A DNA stretch of 64,000 nt from an uncultured delta proteobacterium (GCA_963754925.1 CAVWHX010000005.1:32001-96000), one strand, 5' to 3'; shown: positions 10,744-26,071, numbered from the stretch's first letter. Program-made: numbers and translations. The notes: generated from the sequence alone by a model not told the origin.

Positions 10744-10868
10744 GAAAATTTATACGTGACTCCAAACCTGGTTGATACTATGTAGATTTGCAAATCCTAA
10801 CGCAGGGCCGATGTTAATCCCAGTAGTGTAAAGCCATCATGGTATTGGACAGGGGCATTCGTCTCCAT
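10744..10868 (+). repeat. Conserved ~125-bp promoter/leader element, copy 2
   Basis: Diverged colinear copy of 4503-4628. Confidence 0.8.
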
Positions 10869-11048
10869 TTCAAATGGGGGGCAGGATAACAGGCCAGGCT
10901 AAAAACCTATTGACATAAAAGCTGCGTTGAATTTTAAGGTATTATCATTTAGTTGCGCCTGCTCTGGCAAAACAAGGAACCGAAGGAACAAGCATTAGTT
11001 CCTTCTTATGAATTGTATTTATAAAGTTTAATTATTAGGAGAAATTTG

Positions 11049-11681
11049 ATGAAAAAAATAAATTTGTTTATCATTGTGTTATCAGTATGCTTCTTAACGC
11101 CATTGGTATTTGCTGATGAAGAGAAAAATAATTTTGCAACAAAGGGAATTTTCGAATATGGCGGTTCTATTTCCACATCAGGAGTATTTTATGAAAATGG
11201 GAATAATGAATATTTAAGATCAAAATTTAGTATTAGTTTTCACCCATTATTAAATTATTATATTATTGACAAGATACATATTGGGCTAGTTCCTTATATA
11301 ACCTATTCATATTATGATGTTAAAGTTACGTATCCTAATTATGCAAAACACCTGATTTTCTTGGGTCCGTCGTTTTCTATGGGGTATACTATTAATTTAA
11401 CCGATAGGTTATTTTTCGACATTTCACCGAGTATAGAATATGAATATGGGTTATCTATTTATCATACTTCTTCAAATCATATTAGTTATAATGCTATGTA
11501 TTATTATTTACAAATATCTTTGAAATACCTTATAGGGAATACATTGATTGGTGTATATTTAGCACCAGGATATCACGATTATATAGGAAACAAACCTCCT
11601 GAGTCTTCGAATTATTTTGAAATAAATTTAGGAATGGGGATTACATTTTTTTGTCCAAAATTAGACTCAAATAAGAAGTGA
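11049..11681 (+). CDS. AT-rich hypothetical secreted protein, probable outer-membrane beta-barrel
   Basis: Signal peptide MKKINLF...VFA, aromatic alternating strands and near-terminal MGITFF. Markedly lower GC than its neighbours. Confidence 0.65.
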   Translation: MKKINLFIIVLSVCFLTPLVFADEEKNNFATKGIFEYGGSISTSGVFYENGNNEYLRSKFSISFHPLLNYYIIDKIHIGLVPYITYSYYDVKVTYPNYAKHLIFLGPSFSMGYTINLTDRLFFDISPSIEYEYGLSIYHTSSNHISYNAMYYYLQISLKYLIGNTLIGVYLAPGYHDYIGNKPPESSNYFEINLGMGITFFCPKLDSNKK

Positions 11682-11747
11682 CACTTTTGCTCACTAAGAT
11701 CCCCTGCCCATTATATGTTGATGTGCTTAACAGAAAGGAGGACGGAT

Positions 11748-12314
11748 ATGAAGGTTATCGGCTTCAACGGCAGTCCCAGGAAAGACGGTAACACCACCAT
11801 GTTGATAGGCTATCTCTTACGGGAGATCGAGAAAGAGGGCATTGAAACGGAACTTATTCAGCTCTCGGCAAAGGCGATTCACGGATGCATCGCCTGCTAC
11901 AAGTGTTTTGAGAATCAGGACCAGCGCTGTGCCGTTAAGAACGATGCGGCGAACGAGTATATCGAAAAGATGACCACGGCTCAGGGTATCGTTTTGGGAT
12001 CTCCCTCCTATTTTCAGGATGTAACAGCGGAGATGAAGGCCTTGATAGACCGGGCGGGTTTTGTCGGATTGGCAAACGGAAGGATGTACAAGAACAAAAT
12101 TGGGGCTTCCGTAGCCTGTTTTCGTCGCAGCGGAGGTATGCATACCATCGAAACCATGAACCATTTCTTCTTTGGCAACGAGCTTATCATCGCCGGGCGG
12201 GCAATGAGCGTTGCCAGAGACAAGGGAGAGGTCGAAAAAGATGGGGAAGGCGTCAACATCGCGCAGACATTGGGGCAAAAGATCGCATGGATGATGAAGA
12301 AGCTCTACGATTGA
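11748..12314 (+). CDS. Iron-sulfur flavoprotein / NADPH-dependent FMN reductase family
   Basis: GFNGSPRKDGNT, CIACYKC-x7-C, LGSPSYF and MKALIDR. RBS AAGGAGG. Confidence 0.9.
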   Translation: MKVIGFNGSPRKDGNTTMLIGYLLREIEKEGIETELIQLSAKAIHGCIACYKCFENQDQRCAVKNDAANEYIEKMTTAQGIVLGSPSYFQDVTAEMKALIDRAGFVGLANGRMYKNKIGASVACFRRSGGMHTIETMNHFFFGNELIIAGRAMSVARDKGEVEKDGEGVNIAQTLGQKIAWMMKKLYD

Positions 12315-12405
12315 AACTCCGAATTTCATTCCCATGACCGATCAGCAGCTCAACCTAACTTCTTGACTTGCACCTAACATCTTTGATAACAATGGTTTTT
12401 GTTAT

Positions 12406-12490
12406 GCCGGGATGGTGGAATTGGTAGACACACGGGACTTAAAATCCCGTGGTGCTTAGCGCCGTGGGGGTTCGATTCCCCCTCCCGGCA
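12406..12490 (+). tRNA. tRNA-Leu(TAA)
   Basis: Acceptor GCCGGGA/TCCCGGC-A, anticodon arm CGGGA-CTTAAAA-TCCCG, long variable arm, GGTTCGATTCC T-arm. CCA is not encoded. Confidence 0.96.
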
Positions 12491-12564
12491 TTTTCCTTTT
12501 CGATTATGACTGTTGGCGCATAGACATCATTCGGTTTTTCAGCAGGACTCCAATCCCCGCCATG

Positions 12565-14265
12565 CTATGTCGCCTGGTTGAATTTTATAAATGAAAAAAG
12601 CATGACAAATCCGAAACAGAGGAAATTGCAATATAAATATCTAAAATCTTGAGCGGGAATTGATAGCGCGACTACCAGGTTGTTAGCGATTACTACGAGT
12701 GGCACACAGAGTGACCTCAATCCATTGACCAATGCCGAACCGACGGCAAAGAGAATGCTGAGATACAGCAACAAAGCCGGTTTCCACAGTGTTGACAGGA
12801 CCCCCGTCAAAACAGCCATGAGGTGACTAGGCTTCGGTCTCTTAGCATCGCTCAAGGAGTCCACGGTATACGTGCTCGACTGCAAGAAATCAGACAGTAG
12901 CGATTTTAGAGGAGGGCAAAGGCTCTCGCTGACAACGGTATCATCCTTCAACCCGAACCTCTCCTTATCTTCAGGGTCAATATCGACGGTGTAGGCGAAG
13001 TTGTATCCCATAACTTTTATTCTCCAGATTATCGATATCATTTTACCGTACGCTGTTATGGCTTCTCGGGGATTCTGGAGGCATAGCTCTGCAAGAAGAG
13101 CAAAAAATTCTCTTTTGTTTTTCAAGTATGCATCGTCATCAATATTTTTATTGTCTTTTATCGGATCGGCAAGATATGGATCATAACTCGAGAACCACTC
13201 ACTGAGAGGAAGTATTTTCGCGGCTTTGTTATATTGCTCGGGAGTGATGTTGCGCCCGTTTTTAAGCACTCCCGCCATGATATTCAACGGTATGCTATAT
13301 TTTACTCCCTCGAACGCAGGGGATATGTTCAACGCGGTATACACGTTATTGACGATAATGAGATAGAAAAACAAGGCTGCAATAAACGTTGTAAAAAACC
13401 TAACCAGGGTACTGTTCTTGATTGTATGCAGAACCAAGGAAGAGAAACCGATTCTTGCGCTGGAGAGGATGTTTTTCCACGGGGAGGAATCGGTCATCCC
13501 ATATATAATAACTATTAAAGGAACCGATATCACCAGATCATACATGCCGTTGTGTCTAAAAAACAGCATCATCAGCATAGCAATGAACAATAAGAAAATA
13601 CCCCGAAATGTTCTAAGGTATTCACCATGAGTGACAACCATATTCATTATAATTATGGTCAGGAAAGCCAACCCAGCGCTGAATAACACGTCCTTCCATA
13701 AGGTAATAACAATCATTCCGAAAGGTGGACTGGCTGAGAGTAGGATAATATATATCCATACAACTTTCCGACTAAATCCCACTTTTTCAAGTGAATAGGC
13801 GCCGTAGGCAACTATCGATGATACACACAGGATATTAAACGCCGCCAGGGCGGCGGGAGAATGCCATAGAGACATTAATAGCGCCAGCAGGGCGGTGTGT
13901 GCTGCAGGATGGGCGTCGCTTACCTGACTCCAATTGCCGGCCAATATTGCTTGCGCTTGCTTCCATTGAACAATTGAATCTACCGTCATATTACCGGGAT
14001 AAAACGCAACCAAATAGATTGAAGATACCATAATACTGGGAAACAGGTAGAGTATAAACGTGGGCCATCGTATCTGGTTGTGTTCAACAGGAAATGAATA
14101 CCGCGAAATGAAATGTAGGAATAAATATGAAATAAATGAAAACAGCGGCCAAAGAAATACAATCGGTAGTACCGAAGTAATAATAGAATCATCTTTAAAC
14201 TCGGCACAGGAAAACGTCACAACGAGACCGAATAAAGCCGAAACAAATATCTTTTTTTTATTCAT
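12565..14265 (-). CDS. Polytopic membrane protein, DUF6020-like putative GT-C glycosyltransferase
   Basis: FYPG.MT.DS..QW, D.HP..HT, LWKDVLFS, FRHNG and terminal DFRY motifs with many TM helices. Confidence 0.7.
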   Translation of the reverse strand: MNKKKIFVSALFGLVVTFSCAEFKDDSIITSVLPIVFLWPLFSFISYLFLHFISRYSFPVEHNQIRWPTFILYLFPSIMVSSIYLVAFYPGNMTVDSIVQWKQAQAILAGNWSQVSDAHPAAHTALLALLMSLWHSPAALAAFNILCVSSIVAYGAYSLEKVGFSRKVVWIYIILLSASPPFGMIVITLWKDVLFSAGLAFLTIIIMNMVVTHGEYLRTFRGIFLLFIAMLMMLFFRHNGMYDLVISVPLIVIIYGMTDSSPWKNILSSARIGFSSLVLHTIKNSTLVRFFTTFIAALFFYLIIVNNVYTALNISPAFEGVKYSIPLNIMAGVLKNGRNITPEQYNKAAKILPLSEWFSSYDPYLADPIKDNKNIDDDAYLKNKREFFALLAELCLQNPREAITAYGKMISIIWRIKVMGYNFAYTVDIDPEDKERFGLKDDTVVSESLCPPLKSLLSDFLQSSTYTVDSLSDAKRPKPSHLMAVLTGVLSTLWKPALLLYLSILFAVGSALVNGLRSLCVPLVVIANNLVVALSIPAQDFRYLYCNFLCFGFVMLFSFIKFNQAT

Positions 14266-14310
14266 ATGCCTCTCTGACTGTTTAGTCGCACGCGATATCC
14301 CGGGCGGCTC

Positions 14311-15615
14311 CTAGATCCTACAGCCTTCCTCGAAGTATCGGGCATTGATCATCCTGCCCATGTTGAGAGCCATGAGTTGCAGCAGGTGGCTGCGAAATTT
14401 CAGAAGACGAGCAGCGATTGATTTCGGAGAATAGAAAGACTTGTAGAGTTTGATGTAGCCTTCGAGAAGCTCATGAGGGGTCATTTTCATGGGTTTGTAG
14501 ACCACGTGGTTCGTGTCGTAGTGCGCCCAATTGTAATGGAGGATGCGGTTTGATGCCTTCATGTCAAAGAAAAGCTTGGTGCCCGGCATGGGGGTGAGGA
14601 TGTAGAAGTTCGCCGCCTCGAGTTTGTTTCTGATGCAAAATTGCAGGGTTCGGTCGAACACCCCGGCATCATCGTTATCCAGGCCAACGATAAACGAACC
14701 AAGGATTTTGATTCCTTTCTTATGGATGGTTGCAATTTCGTGGTCGTAGTCTTCGACACGGTTGAGACCGGACTTATGCATGGCCTTAAGATTGGCGCTG
14801 TCGGTCGTCTCCATGCCGATGAAGATCCACCCGCAACCGCTGCGCGTGGCGAGATTAAGAAGCTCGGGGTCGCGTGAAAAGCGGAGCTCGCCCTGACCGA
14901 TCCAACGTCGTTTGAGCGGAATAAGCGCCTCGAAAAGCTCCTTGGCCCGTTGGGGATGACCAAAGATATTATCATCGATGAACAGCAGGTCGCCCCGCGG
15001 CATGGCCTTGATATTCTCGATAACCTCTTCGACCGGGCGAAAGCGCAATTGGTTGCCCCAGAACTTCGTCACCGAGCAGAACGAGCAGGTATGCGGGCAG
15101 CCGCGGGCGGTCTCGATCACGTTGGGGAAACTGTATGCCGAAGGCTTGAGCAGATCGAGTCTCGGTCGCGGCAAACCGATGAGGCTGTGATAGCTGTCTG
15201 AAGTGTAGACTTTTTTCATGTGCCCGGCGAGAAAGTCGTCCAGGAGCTCATTGAACGAGACGTCCGCCTCGCCCACGACGACAGCGTCGGCGTGCGCAGC
15301 CGCCTCGTCCGTCATGAAAAATACATGCATGCCGCCGAGAACGACCGGTATGTGCTTTTGACGAAACCTGTCGGCGATCTCATAGCCGCGCATGGCTGTC
15401 GGCGTCATGAGGCTGATGCCGATCACATCCGGTCTGATGGTAAAATCGATATCCTCAACGTTTTCATCGATTATCCGAACGTCAAAGCGATCGTCGGCAT
15501 ATGCGGCGAGCAGCGGCAGATTGATCTGAGCCACCGATGATTTCGTTCTTCTCCGGCTGCACAAGCGATCTTTATCGGGGGATGGGTGGATGAGAAGAAG
15601 CGATGGTTTGTTCAT
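14311..15615 (-). CDS. B12-binding-domain radical SAM protein
   Basis: GGMH cobalamin-binding region, TARGCPHTCSFC (CxxxCxxC), FIDDN and LTPMPGT. Confidence 0.9.
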   Translation of the reverse strand: MNKPSLLLIHPSPDKDRLCSRRRTKSSVAQINLPLLAAYADDRFDVRIIDENVEDIDFTIRPDVIGISLMTPTAMRGYEIADRFRQKHIPVVLGGMHVFFMTDEAAAHADAVVVGEADVSFNELLDDFLAGHMKKVYTSDSYHSLIGLPRPRLDLLKPSAYSFPNVIETARGCPHTCSFCSVTKFWGNQLRFRPVEEVIENIKAMPRGDLLFIDDNIFGHPQRAKELFEALIPLKRRWIGQGELRFSRDPELLNLATRSGCGWIFIGMETTDSANLKAMHKSGLNRVEDYDHEIATIHKKGIKILGSFIVGLDNDDAGVFDRTLQFCIRNKLEAANFYILTPMPGTKLFFDMKASNRILHYNWAHYDTNHVVYKPMKMTPHELLEGYIKLYKSFYSPKSIAARLLKFRSHLLQLMALNMGRMINARYFEEGCRI

Positions 15616-15740
15616 GACTCTGTTTCGTAGAGAATTCTCGGTTAAATTTTGTAAAATACCACCGTTGTCGATTACCATACTACCGAAAGTATTTCTACTG
15701 AATATCTGATAGGGTATGAATTCACACACGGGAGGCCAAC

Positions 15741-16988
15741 ATGTTCGATTTTATCATGACCGAGGCGCAGAAAAAACTTCGCGGCGAGGCGCGGGAGTTT
15801 ACCAACGGGGTACCCAAACAAATGATTCTCGATATGGACGCTGACAAAGTCCAGTTCCCCCGCGAGTATCTCAAAGAGGCCGGCCAGAGGAACTTGCTCG
15901 GCATTAGGATTCCCGCCCAGTACGGCGGGAGAGGGCTCGGGTGGGTGGATGATAGCATCGTAGCCGAAGAGATAGGCGTGGCCAGCTACTCGCTGGCATG
16001 CCTCTGGGGCGTTGGGGCGGATATCGTCTGCGAGGCGGTCTGCGAGTTTGGTTCGGAAGAGCTCAAGCAAGCGATCGTCGTGCCGCTGCTTAAAGGAGAC
16101 GTGTGCGCCGCTGAAGGGCTTACCGAACCGCGGGGAGGGTCCGATTTTTTCGGCGCTAAAACGGTCGCCCGGAAAGAAGGCGGTGATTGGGTCATAAGCG
16201 GGCAGAAACGGTTTATCGTCGGCGCGGAAGGGGCAGATTGGTTTTTAGTGTATGCGGTCACCGACCCGACGGCGGTACAGCATAAAAGGCTTACTGCCTT
16301 TATGGTACCGCGGACAAAGGGCGTTGAGACCAAATACCTGTACGGTCTGATGGGCGTCCGCGGCGGCGGCGCCGGCAGGTTGGTGCTGAACGAGGTTCGG
16401 GTGCCTGAACGATACGCCCTTGCCGGCATCAACAACGGATACAAGGTGTTTGTTCGGATGATGGTTCCCGAACGGCTCGGCACGGCGGCGATGACCATCG
16501 GCTCGGTGCGGCCGGCCGTGGAGATAGCGACGAGGTACAGCTCGATGCGCAAGGCGTTTGGGCAGACGATAATGAATTTCGAGGCGGTTGGATTTAAGGT
16601 GGCGGATAGCGTGCTGCTGCTCGATGCCATGCGTTCGATGGTGTACAGCACCTGCCTGGCGATCGATTCCGGAAAGACCTCACCAGGACGAATTCGGCGG
16701 ATGGTTTCACAAGCCAAAAAATTTGTCACTGAGTCGGCCTGGGAGGTAGCCAATAACGCCATGCAGGTGATGGGCGGCATCGGGTATACGAACGTCTATC
16801 CCATCGAGCGCATCGTGCGCGATATCCGGCTTTCCATGATCTGGGTGGGCACCAACGAGATCATGCAGCTCATCATCCAGAACGAATGGTACAAGGAATT
16901 TTTGGAAAGCGTCTCAAAAGAAAAAACACGAAACGTCGAGAATGATGCGCAGAACGCCGATCAGCCGGATGAGAAGATTTATGAATAG
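15741..16988 (+). CDS. Acyl-CoA dehydrogenase
   Basis: LTEPRGGSD, SGQKRFI, RKAFG, QVMGGIGY and IWVGTNEI motifs. Confidence 0.93.
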   Translation: MFDFIMTEAQKKLRGEAREFTNGVPKQMILDMDADKVQFPREYLKEAGQRNLLGIRIPAQYGGRGLGWVDDSIVAEEIGVASYSLACLWGVGADIVCEAVCEFGSEELKQAIVVPLLKGDVCAAEGLTEPRGGSDFFGAKTVARKEGGDWVISGQKRFIVGAEGADWFLVYAVTDPTAVQHKRLTAFMVPRTKGVETKYLYGLMGVRGGGAGRLVLNEVRVPERYALAGINNGYKVFVRMMVPERLGTAAMTIGSVRPAVEIATRYSSMRKAFGQTIMNFEAVGFKVADSVLLLDAMRSMVYSTCLAIDSGKTSPGRIRRMVSQAKKFVTESAWEVANNAMQVMGGIGYTNVYPIERIVRDIRLSMIWVGTNEIMQLIIQNEWYKEFLESVSKEKTRNVENDAQNADQPDEKIYE

Positions 16989-17526
16989 TAAAAAAATACC
17001 AGTTAATATCGGTTGCTCTGTTTAATATCTCGGTTCACGTTTTATTTTGTTACCTTCTAGCCAGAAATGCTCCCTGCCGAATCTGAACAGATTCCGGGCT
17101 ATTGATACCGTCGCCTGAGGATTGTAGACCACGTTAATATCGTTTCCAAGCGGATTAGGTGTTGAAAATATACACCAGCTCGAGAGATAGAAAACGCAAG
17201 ATATAGGCTTACTGCTGGAATCTAGAAATAGTCTGGTAGATACAGGAGCACTCTCATCCACTTTATTCAGTCCGATTTTTTTCTTCAACACTATGTCGCG
17301 GTGCAGGTAACCGAGCTGTGGCTCCTCATCAGAGTTAGGAGTCATGGCCGCTACAGCTGGACCAATGCCGAATGCTGCCTATCCTGCCCCCCATTTAGCG
17401 AACCTCTTGTAAGAAGGTATTGTTAAACAATTTTTCTCATTATCAGACCAAGGCTACCATTCGCTCCTTAAGGCCTTTCGGATGATCCAAGACATTTCCA
17501 GAAAAACATCAAAGTTCGAGAAGAAG

Positions 17527-17832
17527 CTAACGCAGTTCGACCACAACCCGTTTGCCCAGAACAGAGGCCGCTTTCCCAATCGATTGCAATGTAACAGAGG
17601 TATTTTCAGGATCGAGAAGCCTATCGAGGGCGCTTCTGCTCGTCTTCATTTTATGAGCGAGAGACATTTTTGACATGTGCTTCTTCTTCATAAGCTGTTG
17701 CAGCTTGAATGCCAGGGCTTTTTTGGTTGCCGCCAACACTACTTCTTCATAGATACCTTCATCTTTTAGGAAGTCGTCAAAAGAAGAGCCGATGTGTTTC
17801 TCTTTAAATTCAATGTCGTCCTTCTTTTTCAT
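17527..17832 (-). CDS. XRE/HTH antitoxin (HigA-like)
   Basis: HIGSSFDDFL, HTH LAHKMKTSRSALDRLLDP. Immediately downstream of the toxin gene. Confidence 0.85.
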   Translation of the reverse strand: MKKKDDIEFKEKHIGSSFDDFLKDEGIYEEVVLAATKKALAFKLQQLMKKKHMSKMSLAHKMKTSRSALDRLLDPENTSVTLQSIGKAASVLGKRVVVELR

Positions 17833-17833
17833 T

Positions 17834-18181
17834 TTATTCTCCTTTCTTTGCAGCCTTCAGCCTATTCCGCGCTATCTCCAAATCGGACTGAGGTGTTTTC
17901 ATGGATTTATTAATGAAACCGTGCAGGATGATCAACTTATCTGGGCTTTTTGCCACTAGCACACGCGCAATCTTATTTTTTAGGTTTGTCCGTATCTCCC
18001 ATATGCCAGGCTCCAGTTTCTTCACCGTCGGCTCACCAAGCGGCCATACGAATTGTGCCGCCTTTATGTCTTCGCCTATGAGTCGTTTTTCTTCTTTCAA
18101 TAAGCTCCTCAACCATTCACGGGCCGGTTCATTGCCAGCCGCGGTCTTGAAAAAGACAATATCAAGAGGTCGCTTTGTCAC
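17834..18181 (-). CDS. RelE/ParE-superfamily toxin (Gp49/HigB-like)
   Basis: FFKTAAGNEPAREWL, GIWEIR, ILHGF..K..KTP..DLEIA. Confidence 0.88.
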   Translation of the reverse strand: MTKRPLDIVFFKTAAGNEPAREWLRSLLKEEKRLIGEDIKAAQFVWPLGEPTVKKLEPGIWEIRTNLKNKIARVLVAKSPDKLIILHGFINKSMKTPQSDLEIARNRLKAAKKGE

Positions 18182-18187
18182 CAGTAT

Positions 18188-18216
18188 AGTGTACCAAAAA
18201 TGGTACGTTGTGTCAA
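18188..18216 (-). promoter_or_regulatory. Sigma70 promoter with operator palindrome for the TA operon
   Basis: TTGACA (18216-18211), 17 bp, TACACT (18193-18188). Palindrome GTACCA-AAAA-TGGTAC at 18191-18206. Confidence 0.7.
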
Positions 18217-18249
18217 GGAAAAAATTGAATAAGGTCGATTACGGTCTTC

Positions 18250-19698
18250 TCAAACGTTGGTATCGTCCCAGGCCCTCTTTTTTGCCAAATAATTGAATAC
18301 CCACAGTGCGCCTGTCGCAACCAGGGCCGCAACGACGAAGGGTATCCAAACCCAGCCGGGGTGGTATGTTTCCCACAACAGCGTCGTGGTATCCGCGGGT
18401 GTTTTGCCGATTAGTTTACAGAGGTGGGAAAACGCATCCGTCCTGCCGGGAAGATCCGCCACCTGCAGGTTTTCCTGAAGGTAGCGCAGCGCCAGGCCGG
18501 CCTTTTCACCCATGCTCTCGTAAAGATGGCCGGCCACGAATGCCCCGTATCCCCACCCGATAGCAAACGGAATGTTGGCGTATCCCATGTACAAGGCCTT
18601 TTTGTCCGAGGGTGCGATGACTCCCAGGTATTCGTTCAGCTTCGGCGAGCACAGCATCTCCCCCACCGAGAAGAGTCCGATCCCCAAGATACAGAAGCCG
18701 ATGGCCATTGAGTAACCCACCAGGTACGTGCCCACGGCCGAGACGATAAAGCCGAGCAGCATCGACGTCAGACGGCGCATGTAGTGATTCACGATCCACG
18801 AAAGAGGCGCAACGAACAGGATGATCAGGAACGGATTGAGGTTGATGACCCACTCCTGGGCGATTTGCGGGCCGCGTTCGACGTTGGTCGAATGCATGAA
18901 GGCGGGTAAATACCGGGCAATCGTTGACGAGTCGGTCCAGTCGACGATGAAGTTCGGCAGCATGTCGAAAAACTGCGATGCCGAGGCCCAAAAAACCGAC
19001 ATGATGAGAATGAACGCGACGAGGCGCGGGTTCAGAATATTTTTTGCCGTGTCCACGACGACCCGCCACATGCCGCCGCTGCGATCGGCGCCGGATTCAA
19101 CGTTGCCGTACGTGAAGAGCATGATCAGGTTGAGGCTCACCAGAATCGCGCAGCCGTAAAATACGTGCGGCCAGGAATAGCCGTAGAGAAAGTGGGCGAG
19201 CGGCGGGCCCAAGAAACCGCCGACGTTGACCACCATGTAAAAAAATCCCCAGCCGACCCCGGACGACTCTTCGGTCAGCGTTTTGACAAACGTTCCCTGA
19301 ATGGGCGGCTTGAAGATCGCCGTGCCAGCCGCAAGCACCATGCATCCGGTAAAAAAAGGCCAGAAGTCGGTTTGGGTCGCCATCAGCAGATAGCCGGTCA
19401 CCTTGAAAGCGATGGCGACGACTATCTGACGCTTGTATCCATACCGGTCGGCGAAACCCCCGGTGAACACCGGCAGGGCGGATTGCACGATCGCCCACCA
19501 CATGAAAATGAAGCCTTTATCCACTTGGGTGAAATGCAATCCACCGGGCTCATCGGCCTGGGCGATGTAGATCGGAATGACCACGCGGATGCCGTAGTAG
19601 GCAAGGCGCTCGATCATCTCCATGATGTTGGCGGCCCAGAAGGGCCGCGTGAGTGCCTTCGTCTGACGCCAAAATGAGAGGTCGGTGTTCGCTGTCAT
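18250..19698 (-). CDS. MFS transporter, POT/PTR peptide transporter-like
   Basis: EMIERLAYYG (ExxER), GGFADRYG, IFKP and FYMVVNVGG. Confidence 0.88.
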   Translation of the reverse strand: MTANTDLSFWRQTKALTRPFWAANIMEMIERLAYYGIRVVIPIYIAQADEPGGLHFTQVDKGFIFMWWAIVQSALPVFTGGFADRYGYKRQIVVAIAFKVTGYLLMATQTDFWPFFTGCMVLAAGTAIFKPPIQGTFVKTLTEESSGVGWGFFYMVVNVGGFLGPPLAHFLYGYSWPHVFYGCAILVSLNLIMLFTYGNVESGADRSGGMWRVVVDTAKNILNPRLVAFILIMSVFWASASQFFDMLPNFIVDWTDSSTIARYLPAFMHSTNVERGPQIAQEWVINLNPFLIILFVAPLSWIVNHYMRRLTSMLLGFIVSAVGTYLVGYSMAIGFCILGIGLFSVGEMLCSPKLNEYLGVIAPSDKKALYMGYANIPFAIGWGYGAFVAGHLYESMGEKAGLALRYLQENLQVADLPGRTDAFSHLCKLIGKTPADTTTLLWETYHPGWVWIPFVVAALVATGALWVFNYLAKKRAWDDTNV

Positions 19699-19717
19699 GG
19701 GGAGGAATGGATAGCGG

Positions 19718-20269
19718 TTATCGCGATTTACTGTGGCGTTCGAGGTGAATCCACTCTGCGGGCTCGCGCCGGGGAGGCATGCGTGGCGTCTCGGCCGGTC
19801 GGCCGATCGGGATGAGTTCGATCACGGTGAGCTCGTCGGGCAAGGCTAACAACCGCGCCGCCGCAGGATGATCGATCGAGCCGACGTGAACCGTTCCATA
19901 CCCCAAGGCGTGAGCGGCCAGACATAAATTTTGCGCCGCGATGCCGGCGTCGAATAGGTACCAATCGCCATGGGCGGTAGTGGCTCGTCCGCGGTAGAAT
20001 CCGGCCTTGCCGCGGCGGGCGCACAAGGCGACAATCACCGGCGCACCAACGAAGCCGGCGGCCGCCGGATTGCTCGGGGAGAGCGTCCCCGCGAGCGCCG
20101 TTTTCTGCTGCACTTCGCGGACGACCACCACTTCGACGCACTGGGTGTTGGCCCAGCTCGGCGCAAACCGCACCGCCTCGATGATTTGCTGCAGGTGTTT
20201 TTCTTCAACTGGTTCGGCGGTAAACCTGCGGATACTTCGCCTGGTTTGAATGCATTCCAACGTATCCAT
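19718..20269 (-). CDS. Nitroreductase family protein
   Basis: RRSIRRF, APSWANTQ and DAGIAAQNLCLAAHALGYGT. Confidence 0.92.
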   Translation of the reverse strand: MDTLECIQTRRSIRRFTAEPVEEKHLQQIIEAVRFAPSWANTQCVEVVVVREVQQKTALAGTLSPSNPAAAGFVGAPVIVALCARRGKAGFYRGRATTAHGDWYLFDAGIAAQNLCLAAHALGYGTVHVGSIDHPAAARLLALPDELTVIELIPIGRPAETPRMPPRREPAEWIHLERHSKSR

Positions 20270-20344
20270 GGGGCACCTCTCCGGAATTCGACGAGCTCCC
20301 TAACGGGTTTCAAAATTGAAGGCTACCAATAGCGCGATATTCGA

Positions 20345-20508
20345 AAAGAATAAATGTTTTTTTCCAAATAAATTTTTTAATTTGACAATCAAGATCTGGT
20401 ACTATAATAAGCCTTTTGCTTTTTGGAACGGGGGCGTTCCTCGAGAAGGCAACGTAGCCGTTCCATTTGTTCTTTTTCCTTGACAGTTTTAGTGGCTAGG
20501 TGTACAAG
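20345..20508 (+). promoter_or_regulatory. Tandem rrn promoter candidates (P1/P2) with an AT-rich UP-like region
   Basis: TTGACA 20382-20387 and TATAAT 20403-20408 (short 15-bp spacer). Second TTGACA at 20480-20485 with TACAAG 17 bp downstream. BoxA-like GGTCTTTGAAAA follows. Confidence 0.6.
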
Positions 20509-20696
20509 AGCCGCCTCTGTTTGGGAAGGAACCTGGGGTATCGGTCTTTGAAAATCGAAAAGCAGAAAGTTGAGTGCGGAACGTCTGTCAAACAACCTGA
20601 CGACTCGTCGGAAAACCTTTTATGGTGATCCGGACAAACGAGTTGTCAAAGATTCCGAATCAATTTAAGAGCCATATATCTAGCTCTATTCAGTTT

Positions 20697-22265
<1,569 letters not shown>

Positions 22266-22539
22266 TGGAGCTTAACTCCCGCCTTCGGGCGGGAGAGCAT
22301 CCTAGGTCAGTACGCGCTTGACGATCTGCTTTTCGATTTTGAGGGACCGAGACCACAGGTACCCGGTTGGAAAACAACCGTTCATGTAGTCTGAGGTGCA
22401 CGAGGCCTTTTAAAGCAACGCGGATCGCCGCGTTTGGCGAGGAGGATACGAGGATGAAAGCGGAGCAACCTATGGTGGTTGTGAGCATTTCACCGGAATA
22501 TCCGACAAAGCCAGACGAGGCGAGGTGCGTTGCGTGTGA

Positions 22540-22613
<74 letters not shown>

Positions 22614-22635
22614 TTGGTCATTTACATGGAGTGAC

Positions 22636-22708
22636 GGGGCTGTAGCTCAGCTGGGAGAGCGCCAGCTTTGCAAGCTGGATGTCGTCGGTTCGAGCCCGAT
22701 CAGCTCCA
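22636..22708 (+). tRNA. tRNA-Ala(TGC)
   Basis: GGGGCTG...CCAGC-TTTGCAA-GCTGG...GGTTCGAGCCC...CAGCTCCA in the ITS. Confidence 0.97.
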
Positions 22709-22883
22709 TGGAATTTATTTTCGAGTTCGTTGCTCTTTGACAATTTGGCGAAGTAACAAAGCGTTCAATTTACGCTGAGTGAGGGTTAAAACAAGATATT
22801 ACTCTTGTTCTTAATTCTGACCATACACTTACTTGAACAGTATTATCTGTTTGGGATGTTGCCTTAAAGGAACATAGGTTTAT

Positions 22884-25961
<3,078 letters not shown>

Positions 25962-26071
25962 TATTTTTTTCTCTGGTTGATTAATAATTGATCAGGGAAA
26001 TGAATCCAACCAAGCGTATGGTCAGAGTTAAGCGCAAGAGTAGACACTTGCTTAGCATGTTGAACGCTTTG

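Noticed and set aside
12406..12490. tRNA-Leu as an island integration site
   Set aside because: I saw no duplicated tRNA 3' end and no integrase in the window.
17022..17345. 107-aa minus-strand ORF
   Set aside because: No recognisable motif or RBS. It may be a degraded fragment and cannot be supported as a gene.
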